Source: an uncultured archaeon
Lineage (GTDB): Archaea; Asgardarchaeota; Lokiarchaeia; Sigyniarchaeales; SOKP01
DNA length: 35,212 nt
Assembly: GCA_964583985.1 (NCBI GenBank)
Contig: CAZOYD010000037.1
Location: forward strand, 1 to 35,212
Direction of reading: 5' to 3'
Shown: positions 8,661 through 17,978 of the stretch, in pieces
How positions within the stretch are numbered: the stretch's first letter is position 1
Layout: each line of letters begins with the position of its first letter
Notes under the pieces: generated by a model
Told to the model about the DNA's origin: nothing
Database searches by the model: none
What the model saw: only the letters and a program-made list of their open reading frames with translations
Translations under genes and position numbers: made by a program

Positions 8661-9437
8661 TTAGGGCAAGGATCTAAACAAGAGATCTTGAATTTTGTTG
8701 CTAAGTTCTTTTGCTAAATCATATACTATTTCATCAGGAGCATTTTCTAAGTATTCAGTCAGTTCAGTTTGAATTACTGGTTGAATATCTTTCATTACGT
8801 TTTCAATTACTCCATGTTTTCTTAGATAATCACTTTTATAGTATTGAATAAAGTTAGTATTTAACTTTTTTAACCATTTTTTTCCTTTTAATTCAAGACT
8901 CCTAAAAAGCTCTCTGCTACGAGTAGCATTAAAATTTTGAAACTCATAATCGTGAGTAGCTAAGTGTTCTTTTATGTAAGAAAGAATCTGGGTTTTTTCA
9001 TTTGAATTTAAATTTGTATGAGAATTAAGTAAAACAATAATCATGTATTTTTCAAACAAAAAATATATCTGTACTTTAATATTTGAGCCATAAACTTCAA
9101 AATGAGATAAATTTTGGATGTTTATTTGACCTGCAATATTTGTGATTGAACTAAAGTACATGGAGATTAATTCTAAGAGGTTTTCATCGTCTTTAGACAG
9201 ATAAGATTTAATTGGACCATAATTAGATCCTTCCTCGGAATTATATTCAATAACCATTAAGGTATATCCGTCAAAATTTGAGACAATTAAACCAATTATA
9301 GGAGGTGTATCATTAAAGTTACAACTACGATAGGCTATTTCACTTAATGTCTTATCTATTTGATTATTGTTTTTATAATAATCTTCCTTCAATTTTGTAT
9401 TAGATAGTGGTTTATTCATTTGAAATATCTTGCTCAT
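8661..9437 (-). CDS. Hypothetical protein, possible profilin/roadblock/longin-like fold
   Basis: IGLIVSNFDGYTL strand-DG motif, LISMYFSSI helix, then beta strands. Confidence 0.45.
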   Translation of the reverse strand: MSKIFQMNKPLSNTKLKEDYYKNNNQIDKTLSEIAYRSCNFNDTPPIIGLIVSNFDGYTLMVIEYNSEEGSNYGPIKSYLSKDDENLLELISMYFSSITNIAGQINIQNLSHFEVYGSNIKVQIYFLFEKYMIIVLLNSHTNLNSNEKTQILSYIKEHLATHDYEFQNFNATRSRELFRSLELKGKKWLKKLNTNFIQYYKSDYLRKHGVIENVMKDIQPVIQTELTEYLENAPDEIVYDLAKELSNKIQDLLFRSLP

Positions 9438-9630
9438 TTAATGTTGTTAAGGAATTGTAAAATACATTTAATTCCATTAATAAGAAAGGACGGTATTTGA
9501 TTTGTGAGTCTAATATTATCTAAGTGATATGTTTTGATTTAATGAGATATTATAAAATGAATAAAAATTTTAGATTTCGTAGACTTGAGAACTTGCGACA
9601 AAAATAAATTAAAAAAAAAAAAGTAAATAT

Positions 9631-11067
9631 CTATTTTACAATCATTCCAGCCTTATCAAAGTTCAGAAAATAACTGATCTTTTCTTTTAGAGGATAAAGA
9701 CCTTCCTTGAATAGGGTATAAAGAAATAATCCAATGAATATTATGGAACCTAAGCCAGGTGCAAAATTAGTGACTACATCGACAGCCGTAGATGAAGGAT
9801 CGATTGAAAAGAGGGTATAAATCAAGGAAGCTGCAGCAATGATAATTGATATGAAAGAAATTATCATCGCTGTCTTTTTACTTACATCTAAATGGAACGG
9901 ACCTACATCAACGTGAAAAGTTTTAGGCTGTACGATGATCGAAAGAACTGAATGATTTATCGTTTTCTCTTCAAATTCGACGTAAACATGTAAATGTCTC
10001 CTTTCACTTTCTTTCTTTTCTTTTCTCGTTCTCTTTTCCTTCTTTTTTATAGGCAATACAGAAAATATCATGACTGGAGGATTAATTGCATCCTTTTTAA
10101 CTTCCACTCTTCCCAATAATGGATGAACCTCAAAACCTACACCTTCTACCTTAATAGTTAACACGGGGGGTTCTTTTTTAATAGTCTTTATCGTAAAAGA
10201 GGTTTCAAAAATAGTTTTCCCTTCTTCATCCATTATTTTTAGTTCTTTATGCGATAAATAAATGTAAAATAAATAACTTGTCTTTTCCATCATGACTGAA
10301 TAATACTGAAGCCCCATATTTATTTCATAGACTGTTGGTTTAACTTCTTCGCTTTTCACTTCCTTCTTGAAAAAATCGGCGTCTGATATGCTAGAAAAAG
10401 TTGGCTCAGCAGCCTTCTTTGGTAGAGGTGCACCAGCTCCAGGCGGTGCTTTAGGTGGAGGACCACCAGGTGCAGGTGGAGCTGATTGTGGTGGAGGGGT
10501 AGGCAAATATTCCATGGATTTAGCTCTATCCATTTTTCTATCAGCTTCTCCAATCTCATCATCATAATCAAGTGCATCTTCATGCCTAGTATCTAATTCA
10601 CTGAGTAACTCTTCCTCCTCTTCTTTTTCTTCTTGATGTTTTATTGGTGCCTCGTCATGTGCCACTTTCTTCTCTTTCTTTTTAGCACTTGTTGTAGGTT
10701 TAACCATTTCTATAAAAAAAACATCAGAAGGTTTTTTCTCCTTTTTTCCACCAGATTTTCCTTTTTTTCCTTTTTTGGGTTTTTCAGCTTCTTTTTTGGA
10801 TATTAAAGCTAATTTTTTTATTTTAGTCTTTTCAGCTATAGGAGTGAGGGTAACAAAATCTACGATTTTTAAATTCTCTCTTTTCAATGAGGTTTGACCA
10901 AAAGAATCGTAAATATCGTCGAGTATTTTTGAAAGATTAGTATTTTTTGTATAATTACCAATGAACACGCGATCCATCAAATACACTGACAGAACCTCAG
11001 ATTTCTTGTTATAAAATACCTTATTGGTCGGAATGTTTAATTCTTGAATGGTTTGTAATGATTCCAT
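9631..11067 (-). CDS. Membrane-anchored hypothetical protein with Lys-rich, acidic and Pro-rich low-complexity segments
   Basis: KPKKGKKGKSGGKKEKK, EEKEEEEE and PTPPPQSAPPAPGGPPPKAPP tracts; two C-terminal hydrophobic helices. Confidence 0.65.
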   Translation of the reverse strand: MESLQTIQELNIPTNKVFYNKKSEVLSVYLMDRVFIGNYTKNTNLSKILDDIYDSFGQTSLKRENLKIVDFVTLTPIAEKTKIKKLALISKKEAEKPKKGKKGKSGGKKEKKPSDVFFIEMVKPTTSAKKKEKKVAHDEAPIKHQEEKEEEEELLSELDTRHEDALDYDDEIGEADRKMDRAKSMEYLPTPPPQSAPPAPGGPPPKAPPGAGAPLPKKAAEPTFSSISDADFFKKEVKSEEVKPTVYEINMGLQYYSVMMEKTSYLFYIYLSHKELKIMDEEGKTIFETSFTIKTIKKEPPVLTIKVEGVGFEVHPLLGRVEVKKDAINPPVMIFSVLPIKKKEKRTRKEKKESERRHLHVYVEFEEKTINHSVLSIIVQPKTFHVDVGPFHLDVSKKTAMIISFISIIIAAASLIYTLFSIDPSSTAVDVVTNFAPGLGSIIFIGLFLYTLFKEGLYPLKEKISYFLNFDKAGMIVK

Positions 11068-11192
11068 GTGATTCTCCTAATTGTGATTCTTAAAATGATA
11101 ATAGAATTAAAAATAATTATTTTTTGTATAACTTAAAGTTTTAGAGGAGGTTTAATAAAATTAATCAAAAATTAAAAAATGGAATGTGACAC

Positions 11193-12200
11193 TTATTTGA
11201 TTAAATCTCTGAAATAAGCTTTAATTTCGAACAGGTACCCTCTCAGATCCTTTAATTTCTTTATATTTTTATCAGAACCAATGATTCTTTCTATTACTTC
11301 ATTTACGATTTGAAGGTCTTTGTATGATTTGAAATCATCGAATTCTTGAGTTTCAAGTTTACCGAGCCATGGTTTTAATTTGGGCGTCTCGTTGATTGGT
11401 TGCAAATCCCAATTCAAGGTGAGTTTATATTTGTCAGTTAATGGTTTTAAATTCTGATGATCCCATCGATGTAGAATCCAAGGAGCATAATCGTTAAGCT
11501 TATCATAGTCTAATTCCAGATCATTTCGCCACTCATACTGATGATCCCAATTAGCTGTTGCTAGATAATTGTCATTTTGAGATTTTTCAATAGGAAAAAA
11601 TTTCCATGTATTTCTATTGATTTCTTCACTTTTATAAGGAATACCTTCGCCATATTGAAAAAAATAACCTATTGGAATGAATTCTTTTGGCTGGGAACTT
11701 GATACTTTAAAATACACTTCCACTTGGGTAACATCTAACTTATTTTTAAGCAACTCATTTTGATATAATTTATATATAATGTTTTTTGCTTTATTTGGGA
11801 GGCATTTACCACTAAAAATAGGATAGTACGAAAAACAAAAATAAGCGGTATTATCATCTAATAAGTCTTGATAAATTTCAAACCAGCATTCGATCAATTT
11901 AATGTATACATTGGTATGAATAAAATTATATAGCAAGATCCCTGAAATGCTTCCAGATACCAATAATATTGGATAGAAGATATAAGGATTAAAATAAATC
12001 GGTAATACCATGATGGAGATTGCAATATATATGAATGTGAAACCGACGATGAAAATGAGTGTGACTAATGATTTAAAAGCTTCATGTTCTTTATCCTTTT
12101 TAGAATGAAGAATAATGGGCGCATTTATGATAACCGCTTGATCTCCAAATTGATTTATAAATTCTTGAAAATCTACCTTTTTCCAATCAGAATTCGACAT
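11193..12200 (-). CDS. Hypothetical membrane protein
   Basis: 335-aa ORF with two N-terminal TM segments and a Trp-rich soluble C-part. Confidence 0.6.
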   Translation of the reverse strand: MSNSDWKKVDFQEFINQFGDQAVIINAPIILHSKKDKEHEAFKSLVTLIFIVGFTFIYIAISIMVLPIYFNPYIFYPILLVSGSISGILLYNFIHTNVYIKLIECWFEIYQDLLDDNTAYFCFSYYPIFSGKCLPNKAKNIIYKLYQNELLKNKLDVTQVEVYFKVSSSQPKEFIPIGYFFQYGEGIPYKSEEINRNTWKFFPIEKSQNDNYLATANWDHQYEWRNDLELDYDKLNDYAPWILHRWDHQNLKPLTDKYKLTLNWDLQPINETPKLKPWLGKLETQEFDDFKSYKDLQIVNEVIERIIGSDKNIKKLKDLRGYLFEIKAYFRDLIK

Positions 12201-12370
12201 GCTAAATAAAGGTTGTATGTGGTTTATAATCTAAAAAATAATATGGTAGAATTATAATAAATCTTGTCTATAAATTTATTTGATTTCACAATTTTCCAAA
12301 ACAAATGATTAAATCATATCTCCATGCTATTTTTAATTTTGATCCATCATTTTATTTAATGACATAATTT

Positions 12371-14680
12371 ATGATTGATTTCGAAGCCTTTCTGAAATAC
12401 ATCAAGTCTCAAGATTATTATACGGGGCAAATCTCTCATATTGAGACCTTTCCTGAATTAAGAGCGCGATATGATGATTTGGAAAAACCTTTACGTAAGA
12501 GACTTCAAAGATGGTTAGATGACAATGACATTAAACTATGGCGTCACCAAGCAGAAGCCATAAATAATATTCGCAATGGTAAAAACACAGTAACAGTGAC
12601 TTCTACATCTTCGGGTAAATCTCTCATTTACAATTTGTCAGTCATAGATTCTCTTTTTAAAGATCCAGAAACGACCGCATTATATTTATTTCCCACAAAA
12701 GCATTAGCAAGGGATCAACATGCAATTTTGTCGAAATTATTTGATGAAACACATATCAAACAGGATAGAATTGGAGTGTATGACGGGGATGTTGAAGCAA
12801 ATGAAAAGCGACTGATCTTAGCAAATGCAAACATAATTGTTTCTAATCCATATGGTCTACATTTTTATTTACCTTGGTTCACGCAAAAGTGGAGGAGATT
12901 TTGCTCCCATCTAAAATATATTGTTTTAGATGAAATTCATATTTACCGAGGAATCTTTGGATCCAATTTTGCTCTCCTGATAAGACGGTTAAAGCGAATT
13001 CTTGATACGTATGGAGTTAAACCAATATGGATTTTATCTAGTGCTACAATACACAATCCAAAAACATTTTGCGAGAAATTGATTGGAGAAGAATTTGTGA
13101 TTGTAGATAAAGACGATTCTCCCTCAGGAGCAAAGAAAGTAATTTTATGGGATTTACCTTATGATGAGACGAGTGGAAAATATCGATCTGCTCATCAAGA
13201 AACGAAAAATCTTTTTATCAGTCATTTAACATATAAAAACGGAATTCAAACTTTATTATTCACACTTTCTCGAAAAATGGCTGAATTACAAGCAATATGG
13301 ACAAGAAAGTCATTACCAGTGATAAAAAATAAGATTCAGAGTTATCGAGCGGGGATCTCTAAATCAAAACGACGCGAAATTGAACAGAAGTTCAAGCAAA
13401 GAAAATTAATTGGGATATCTTCCACTAACGCTTTAGAATTAGGCATTGATATCGGTTCTTTAGATGCCACAATTAGTTCGGGATTTCCCGGTACTATTGC
13501 TAGCTTTAAACAACAAATTGGCAGATCCGGACGAGGAACTGATCTCTCAATATCAACTTACATTCCAATGCCTAATCCTCTTGATTTGTTTTATATTCAT
13601 AATCCAGACAAGTTATTTGGACCAATAAAAGAAGAAGTATTAATCACCTTGCAAAATAAGTATATCCTTAAAAATCACCTTTGTTGTGCTTCTAAAGAAA
13701 TACCACTAAAAATTGACGAAAATTTAAAATTTGGAATCGAGGATCAGAAACTATTTGAAGAAATAATAAACGAATTATTAGAGGATTCACTTCTCATGAA
13801 GAGAGGGTCCCAATATTATTGGAAAGGAGTTTTTTTCCCAAATGAACGTTATACATTGAATGATTTATCAAACGATAGCTATAAAGTCATTCTTCGAACG
13901 AAATTGGGAAATGAAATTCTCACTATCGAGGATCAAAGCTTTGTATTTCGAGATTTACATCCTGGAGCAGTCTATCTCTTTGAAACCGAGACATATACCG
14001 TTCAAGAACTTGATATTCAAGAAAAACTAGTCTTTATTAAGAAATCTGATGTGGATTATTATACCCAATCTTTAAAACATACTGAAATCACTCCCTTAGA
14101 AGTAGTATATAATAAAAATATTGGTAAAATGAACAATATCGAGAGCTTTTATGGAAAAGTCAAGGTTCAACATGATTATTATGGATATAAAGTCTTAGAT
14201 ACGTATACTCAAGAAATTCGCTCACGTCATCCTCTTGAAGATATACCGATTGTTAATTTTGAATCGTATGCATTATGGTTCAATGTTCCATTTGATTATC
14301 AAAAAGAATTAGAGCTCAACGGTTACGATTTGGGAGGAACAATTCATGCAATTGAACACGCCATGATTGCTATGGCACCCGCTTTAGCTCAGATATCTCG
14401 TTGGGATCTTGGAGGCGTTTCCATCGATTTTGATCCCGTAAAACAGCAACCAGTAATCTATATATATGATGCATATCGGGGAGGAATTGGCATATCAGAG
14501 TTATTATACTTCAATTTACACGAATTACTTAAAATGGCTTATACATTAATAAATACTTGCACGTGTAAACAACCAGATGGTTGTCCTGGTTGTATTATGT
14601 CAAGTCGTTGTGGAAATCTAAATGATCCCCTAGATAAAAAAGGAGCACAATTCCTTCTTGAAAAATTAATAGGTATATAG
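12371..14680 (+). CDS. DEAD/DEAH SF2 helicase with C-terminal DUF1998 Zn domain (Hrq1/MrfA-like)
   Basis: HQ Q-motif, TSSGKS, PTKAL.RDQ, DEIH, SAT, ALELGIDIG, QQIGRSGR, C-terminal CTC..GCPGC..C. Confidence 0.9.
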   Translation: MIDFEAFLKYIKSQDYYTGQISHIETFPELRARYDDLEKPLRKRLQRWLDDNDIKLWRHQAEAINNIRNGKNTVTVTSTSSGKSLIYNLSVIDSLFKDPETTALYLFPTKALARDQHAILSKLFDETHIKQDRIGVYDGDVEANEKRLILANANIIVSNPYGLHFYLPWFTQKWRRFCSHLKYIVLDEIHIYRGIFGSNFALLIRRLKRILDTYGVKPIWILSSATIHNPKTFCEKLIGEEFVIVDKDDSPSGAKKVILWDLPYDETSGKYRSAHQETKNLFISHLTYKNGIQTLLFTLSRKMAELQAIWTRKSLPVIKNKIQSYRAGISKSKRREIEQKFKQRKLIGISSTNALELGIDIGSLDATISSGFPGTIASFKQQIGRSGRGTDLSISTYIPMPNPLDLFYIHNPDKLFGPIKEEVLITLQNKYILKNHLCCASKEIPLKIDENLKFGIEDQKLFEEIINELLEDSLLMKRGSQYYWKGVFFPNERYTLNDLSNDSYKVILRTKLGNEILTIEDQSFVFRDLHPGAVYLFETETYTVQELDIQEKLVFIKKSDVDYYTQSLKHTEITPLEVVYNKNIGKMNNIESFYGKVKVQHDYYGYKVLDTYTQEIRSRHPLEDIPIVNFESYALWFNVPFDYQKELELNGYDLGGTIHAIEHAMIAMAPALAQISRWDLGGVSIDFDPVKQQPVIYIYDAYRGGIGISELLYFNLHELLKMAYTLINTCTCKQPDGCPGCIMSSRCGNLNDPLDKKGAQFLLEKLIGI

Positions 14681-14683
14681 GTC

Positions 14684-17167
14684 TTAAAGCCACCTAAGTA
14701 ATGTATTCTTTTCTTTTATTTTATTAAATTTATCTGTGCTATATAAATTAATTTTAAGAGTTTTTTCAAGAGAATTATACAAATCCTTTAATTCATCAAT
14801 ATCTTCATTTTTATTGTTTAAAATAATTTCATTTAGATACTCTTTGTATTTACCTTTAATTCCCAATAGAATTCCCAATAATTCTGGACTAATTAAAACT
14901 ACATTAGTAGTATTATAGTACGTCTCCTTATATTTTACTGAGACAGGTAACCTTTTTATCAATCTCAAATGGCTCCAATTTGTTCCAATTAAAACTAAAA
15001 ATGAGCTAGGATAGTCTAGATACTTCTTTATCTTACGAGCAATAACTTCTGAATTTGTTTTATTTCTCTTAAAAAAAGCATTTGAGAAATCAAATAATAA
15101 ATGTTGTTTCCCTTCTAATTTTCTTAATAACAATAAAATTTCTTCGCTCTCCTGTTTATTTTTAATATTTGGATATAAATTCTTTACTTGCTCCTTGAAA
15201 AATGAAATAAGCGATATCGATACAAATAAGAACCCATCAATCCTGTGTTTAGAAGAAGAAAACAACTCTACTTCGGAATAATAAGTAGATGGAAAATTGC
15301 AATTATTTATACAATAAGATAATAATATATTCATCAAAGAATGAGTAATAACTCCTAAATTTGAAAATTTTCTTGGAATATATCCTGCATCGTTAATAAC
15401 ATCTGAAAGCTTCTTTCCGTGACGATTTAGTGCCTCAATAAAGCCACGATAATTGATTTCAACCTCCTCATAAGAAGGAGCTTCATTTTCAGAAAAATCA
15501 TAAATATCAAGCAATGTAGGTTGTATTATATCTTTAAAAAAAATTAGAAGTTCTTTATAAGATTTCTTGTCGTATAGCTGCCAAAATTTTTGTTTAAAAT
15601 TGAGTGTTATGTAAATATCAGATAATTTATAACCCAATCTCCTTATCGCGGTACGGAATCCGCTATAATCCTTAGCTACTTGCTCTTTTAGAGGAGCTTG
15701 TTTATCACTTAAATTGTATTTCTTCTTTAAATCAGGATATATAATTTTGACAAATATATCTATTAATTCCAAGAAACTTTTAGACTTGTAGTGAAATTCT
15801 TTTAGTGGTTCAAAACCATTTTTCTTTAAAAAATTTGCCCATATATTGTCGGTAGATCCTTCATTACTCGCTAATTTATATAGCCTGTCAATAAATCCCC
15901 GATAATCTCGACTTACTAAACCTTGTTTCAGGTAAGACCTCCGATCTACAGGATAATTTAATTCATAATGCGGTATAATTTCTTTATGATAAAACTCGAT
16001 AAGCATATCATAACTCATACCTGCATATTTTTCTTCGAAATAGGGCTCTAAACCCGCTGCTTTAGTAAGATTATTAACGCCTATTCCCAACTTCTTAATC
16101 GAGCTTCTAAATCCTCTATATCCAATTTTATCAAGGTCATGTGCTTTTGGTGTATTGTCAAATTTGGGTATAACCACTTCCTTGTAAAAATCTATTGCTA
16201 ACTGTTTATCATTTACCCATGCCCATCGAGTTTTTAATTTCGAAACGTCTATTCCTCTTTTTTCTAAAAACTCTACTTCTTCCTCAGTAAAAGAGATTGA
16301 AGAGATTTCATTTATATTAGTAGTATCAAGTAAAGCCATTATATCAGATTTCTTAAACTTTTCAGTAATTTTTTCTACCCAAAATTCAAAATATGCTGAG
16401 AACCTGTCAAATGCAGAAATATTCTCTTTTTTCTTACTGGGTTCAATTGGTTGGAGTCCAAGTAAGCACCTACAAGTACCTAGATTTAATATCTTATCAT
16501 AATAATCCTTGACTTGAATTAATGATAGATTTTGTTTATCTTCTATTTTCATTAAATTCATTTTTTCTTGTGTAGAATTATCTAACCATGTTTTTAATTC
16601 ATTTCTTAAACTTGTAGAGAAGGTCTTGATTTCTTCTGTATTAACAAACACTTCATAATGAATCCGAAGATGTTTTAATAATCTCTCAAACTGTAGTGTA
16701 ATTTCATCCATACCTTCCTTTATTGTTTCAAACGTGCTATTTATATCGTTCTTAATAGCCTTTAATTGTTTCTTGGTAATTTGTTTTAAATAAGAGGTCG
16801 TAAGTGTATTCATATAACCTGAGATGATTTTAGCACCTCTTCCTATCGTAACACTATATATCCAACTATTAATAAAAGTGTTTAATTCATCAGGGAACTT
16901 ATCTTTAATAATCGAAATTAAATTTTCAGGGGGTAGTCCACTTTTATCAAATAGACATGCTATTGAAGCATCAATTATTTCTCCAATTCTTTCATCAACA
17001 TATACTAAAGGAAGATGATGTTGTTTGCATTTTGGATATTTACCAAATCCTAAAAATCCAAGTTTTAGGGGTTTTACTCTTTTTATTGTTTCACATCCAA
17101 ATTGAGGACAAATAGCAATCCTGTCCTCATTTATAGATTTCCGACTCACTGTAGTATGTTCTACCAT
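14684..17167 (-). CDS. Large hypothetical protein: N-terminal Cys/His motif, four internal ~70-aa repeats, putative C-terminal PD-(D/E)xK-like nuclease
   Basis: CPQFGC...CKQH; repeated Y[RS]GF motif x4; C-terminal SEVEL...RIDG...FDFS...KIKKY. Confidence 0.55.
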   Translation of the reverse strand: MVEHTTVSRKSINEDRIAICPQFGCETIKRVKPLKLGFLGFGKYPKCKQHHLPLVYVDERIGEIIDASIACLFDKSGLPPENLISIIKDKFPDELNTFINSWIYSVTIGRGAKIISGYMNTLTTSYLKQITKKQLKAIKNDINSTFETIKEGMDEITLQFERLLKHLRIHYEVFVNTEEIKTFSTSLRNELKTWLDNSTQEKMNLMKIEDKQNLSLIQVKDYYDKILNLGTCRCLLGLQPIEPSKKKENISAFDRFSAYFEFWVEKITEKFKKSDIMALLDTTNINEISSISFTEEEVEFLEKRGIDVSKLKTRWAWVNDKQLAIDFYKEVVIPKFDNTPKAHDLDKIGYRGFRSSIKKLGIGVNNLTKAAGLEPYFEEKYAGMSYDMLIEFYHKEIIPHYELNYPVDRRSYLKQGLVSRDYRGFIDRLYKLASNEGSTDNIWANFLKKNGFEPLKEFHYKSKSFLELIDIFVKIIYPDLKKKYNLSDKQAPLKEQVAKDYSGFRTAIRRLGYKLSDIYITLNFKQKFWQLYDKKSYKELLIFFKDIIQPTLLDIYDFSENEAPSYEEVEINYRGFIEALNRHGKKLSDVINDAGYIPRKFSNLGVITHSLMNILLSYCINNCNFPSTYYSEVELFSSSKHRIDGFLFVSISLISFFKEQVKNLYPNIKNKQESEEILLLLRKLEGKQHLLFDFSNAFFKRNKTNSEVIARKIKKYLDYPSSFLVLIGTNWSHLRLIKRLPVSVKYKETYYNTTNVVLISPELLGILLGIKGKYKEYLNEIILNNKNEDIDELKDLYNSLEKTLKINLYSTDKFNKIKEKNTLLRWL

Positions 17168-17808
17168 CCCTTTAACGCCTTCTCCAAGATTCGATCTTTT
17201 TTAACAATCTTCTTTTCCGGTTGTAGTTCTGGAATTAATTTAGTAAGTTCATCATTTAATTGCATATAATTAATTCTCAATTCATCATAGAACCTTGAAG
17301 ACCAATGGTTAAGTATTTTACACACTGTGCAAGCTTCTCGAGTAAGATTTACGATGAACTTCATAAGTTTTGGGTGCAAATGAATTTCTTGCTCTGATAG
17401 TATATGAATAGAAGTAAACAGATTATTTGTCAAACACTTTATATCTCTAAGGAGCTCTTTGTGTTTATCATCTAGATTGAAGTTATTCATAATTCTTTCA
17501 AGTTCAACTTCATATGAAATACCATTTCCTCTAATTTGGGATAGTAATTTAATGAATTTCGAAGCTAAATGTTTAAAATTCACTTCAATCTCTTTATATT
17601 TTATATCTACTCTATCAAAACAAGGAGTTCTTTTAGGTCTAAATCTATATTGAATCGTAGCAGCTTTATAATTGAGAAAAGTTTGGAGTTGTCGTGAAAG
17701 CTCCTTAATCTTATTTAATCCATGTGTTTCATAAAAGTTATAAGGTATATCATCTGAGTCATATTCTATATAAGGACTCTCAAAATTAAAATCCATTTTC
17801 TGTTCCAC
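17161..17808 (-). CDS. Hypothetical protein whose stop overlaps the start of the downstream gene
   Basis: 215-aa ORF; 7-nt overlap (ATGGTAG) with the 827-aa gene suggests translational coupling. Confidence 0.55.
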   Translation of the reverse strand: MEQKMDFNFESPYIEYDSDDIPYNFYETHGLNKIKELSRQLQTFLNYKAATIQYRFRPKRTPCFDRVDIKYKEIEVNFKHLASKFIKLLSQIRGNGISYEVELERIMNNFNLDDKHKELLRDIKCLTNNLFTSIHILSEQEIHLHPKLMKFIVNLTREACTVCKILNHWSSRFYDELRINYMQLNDELTKLIPELQPEKKIVKKDRILEKALKGW

Positions 17809-17978
17809 ACTTCTTTTTTAATTTCATTATAAATTCTTTATATTTAAATAAAAAAACTCTGGAGAAAATTACAATATCATTTCAAACATATAGATCCTTT
17901 GGATAAAGAAGGGGCATTGTTTCTTCTAAGAATACTACTTTCGGAAGAACCCATTAATGCAATCTAATTTAACAGTCG

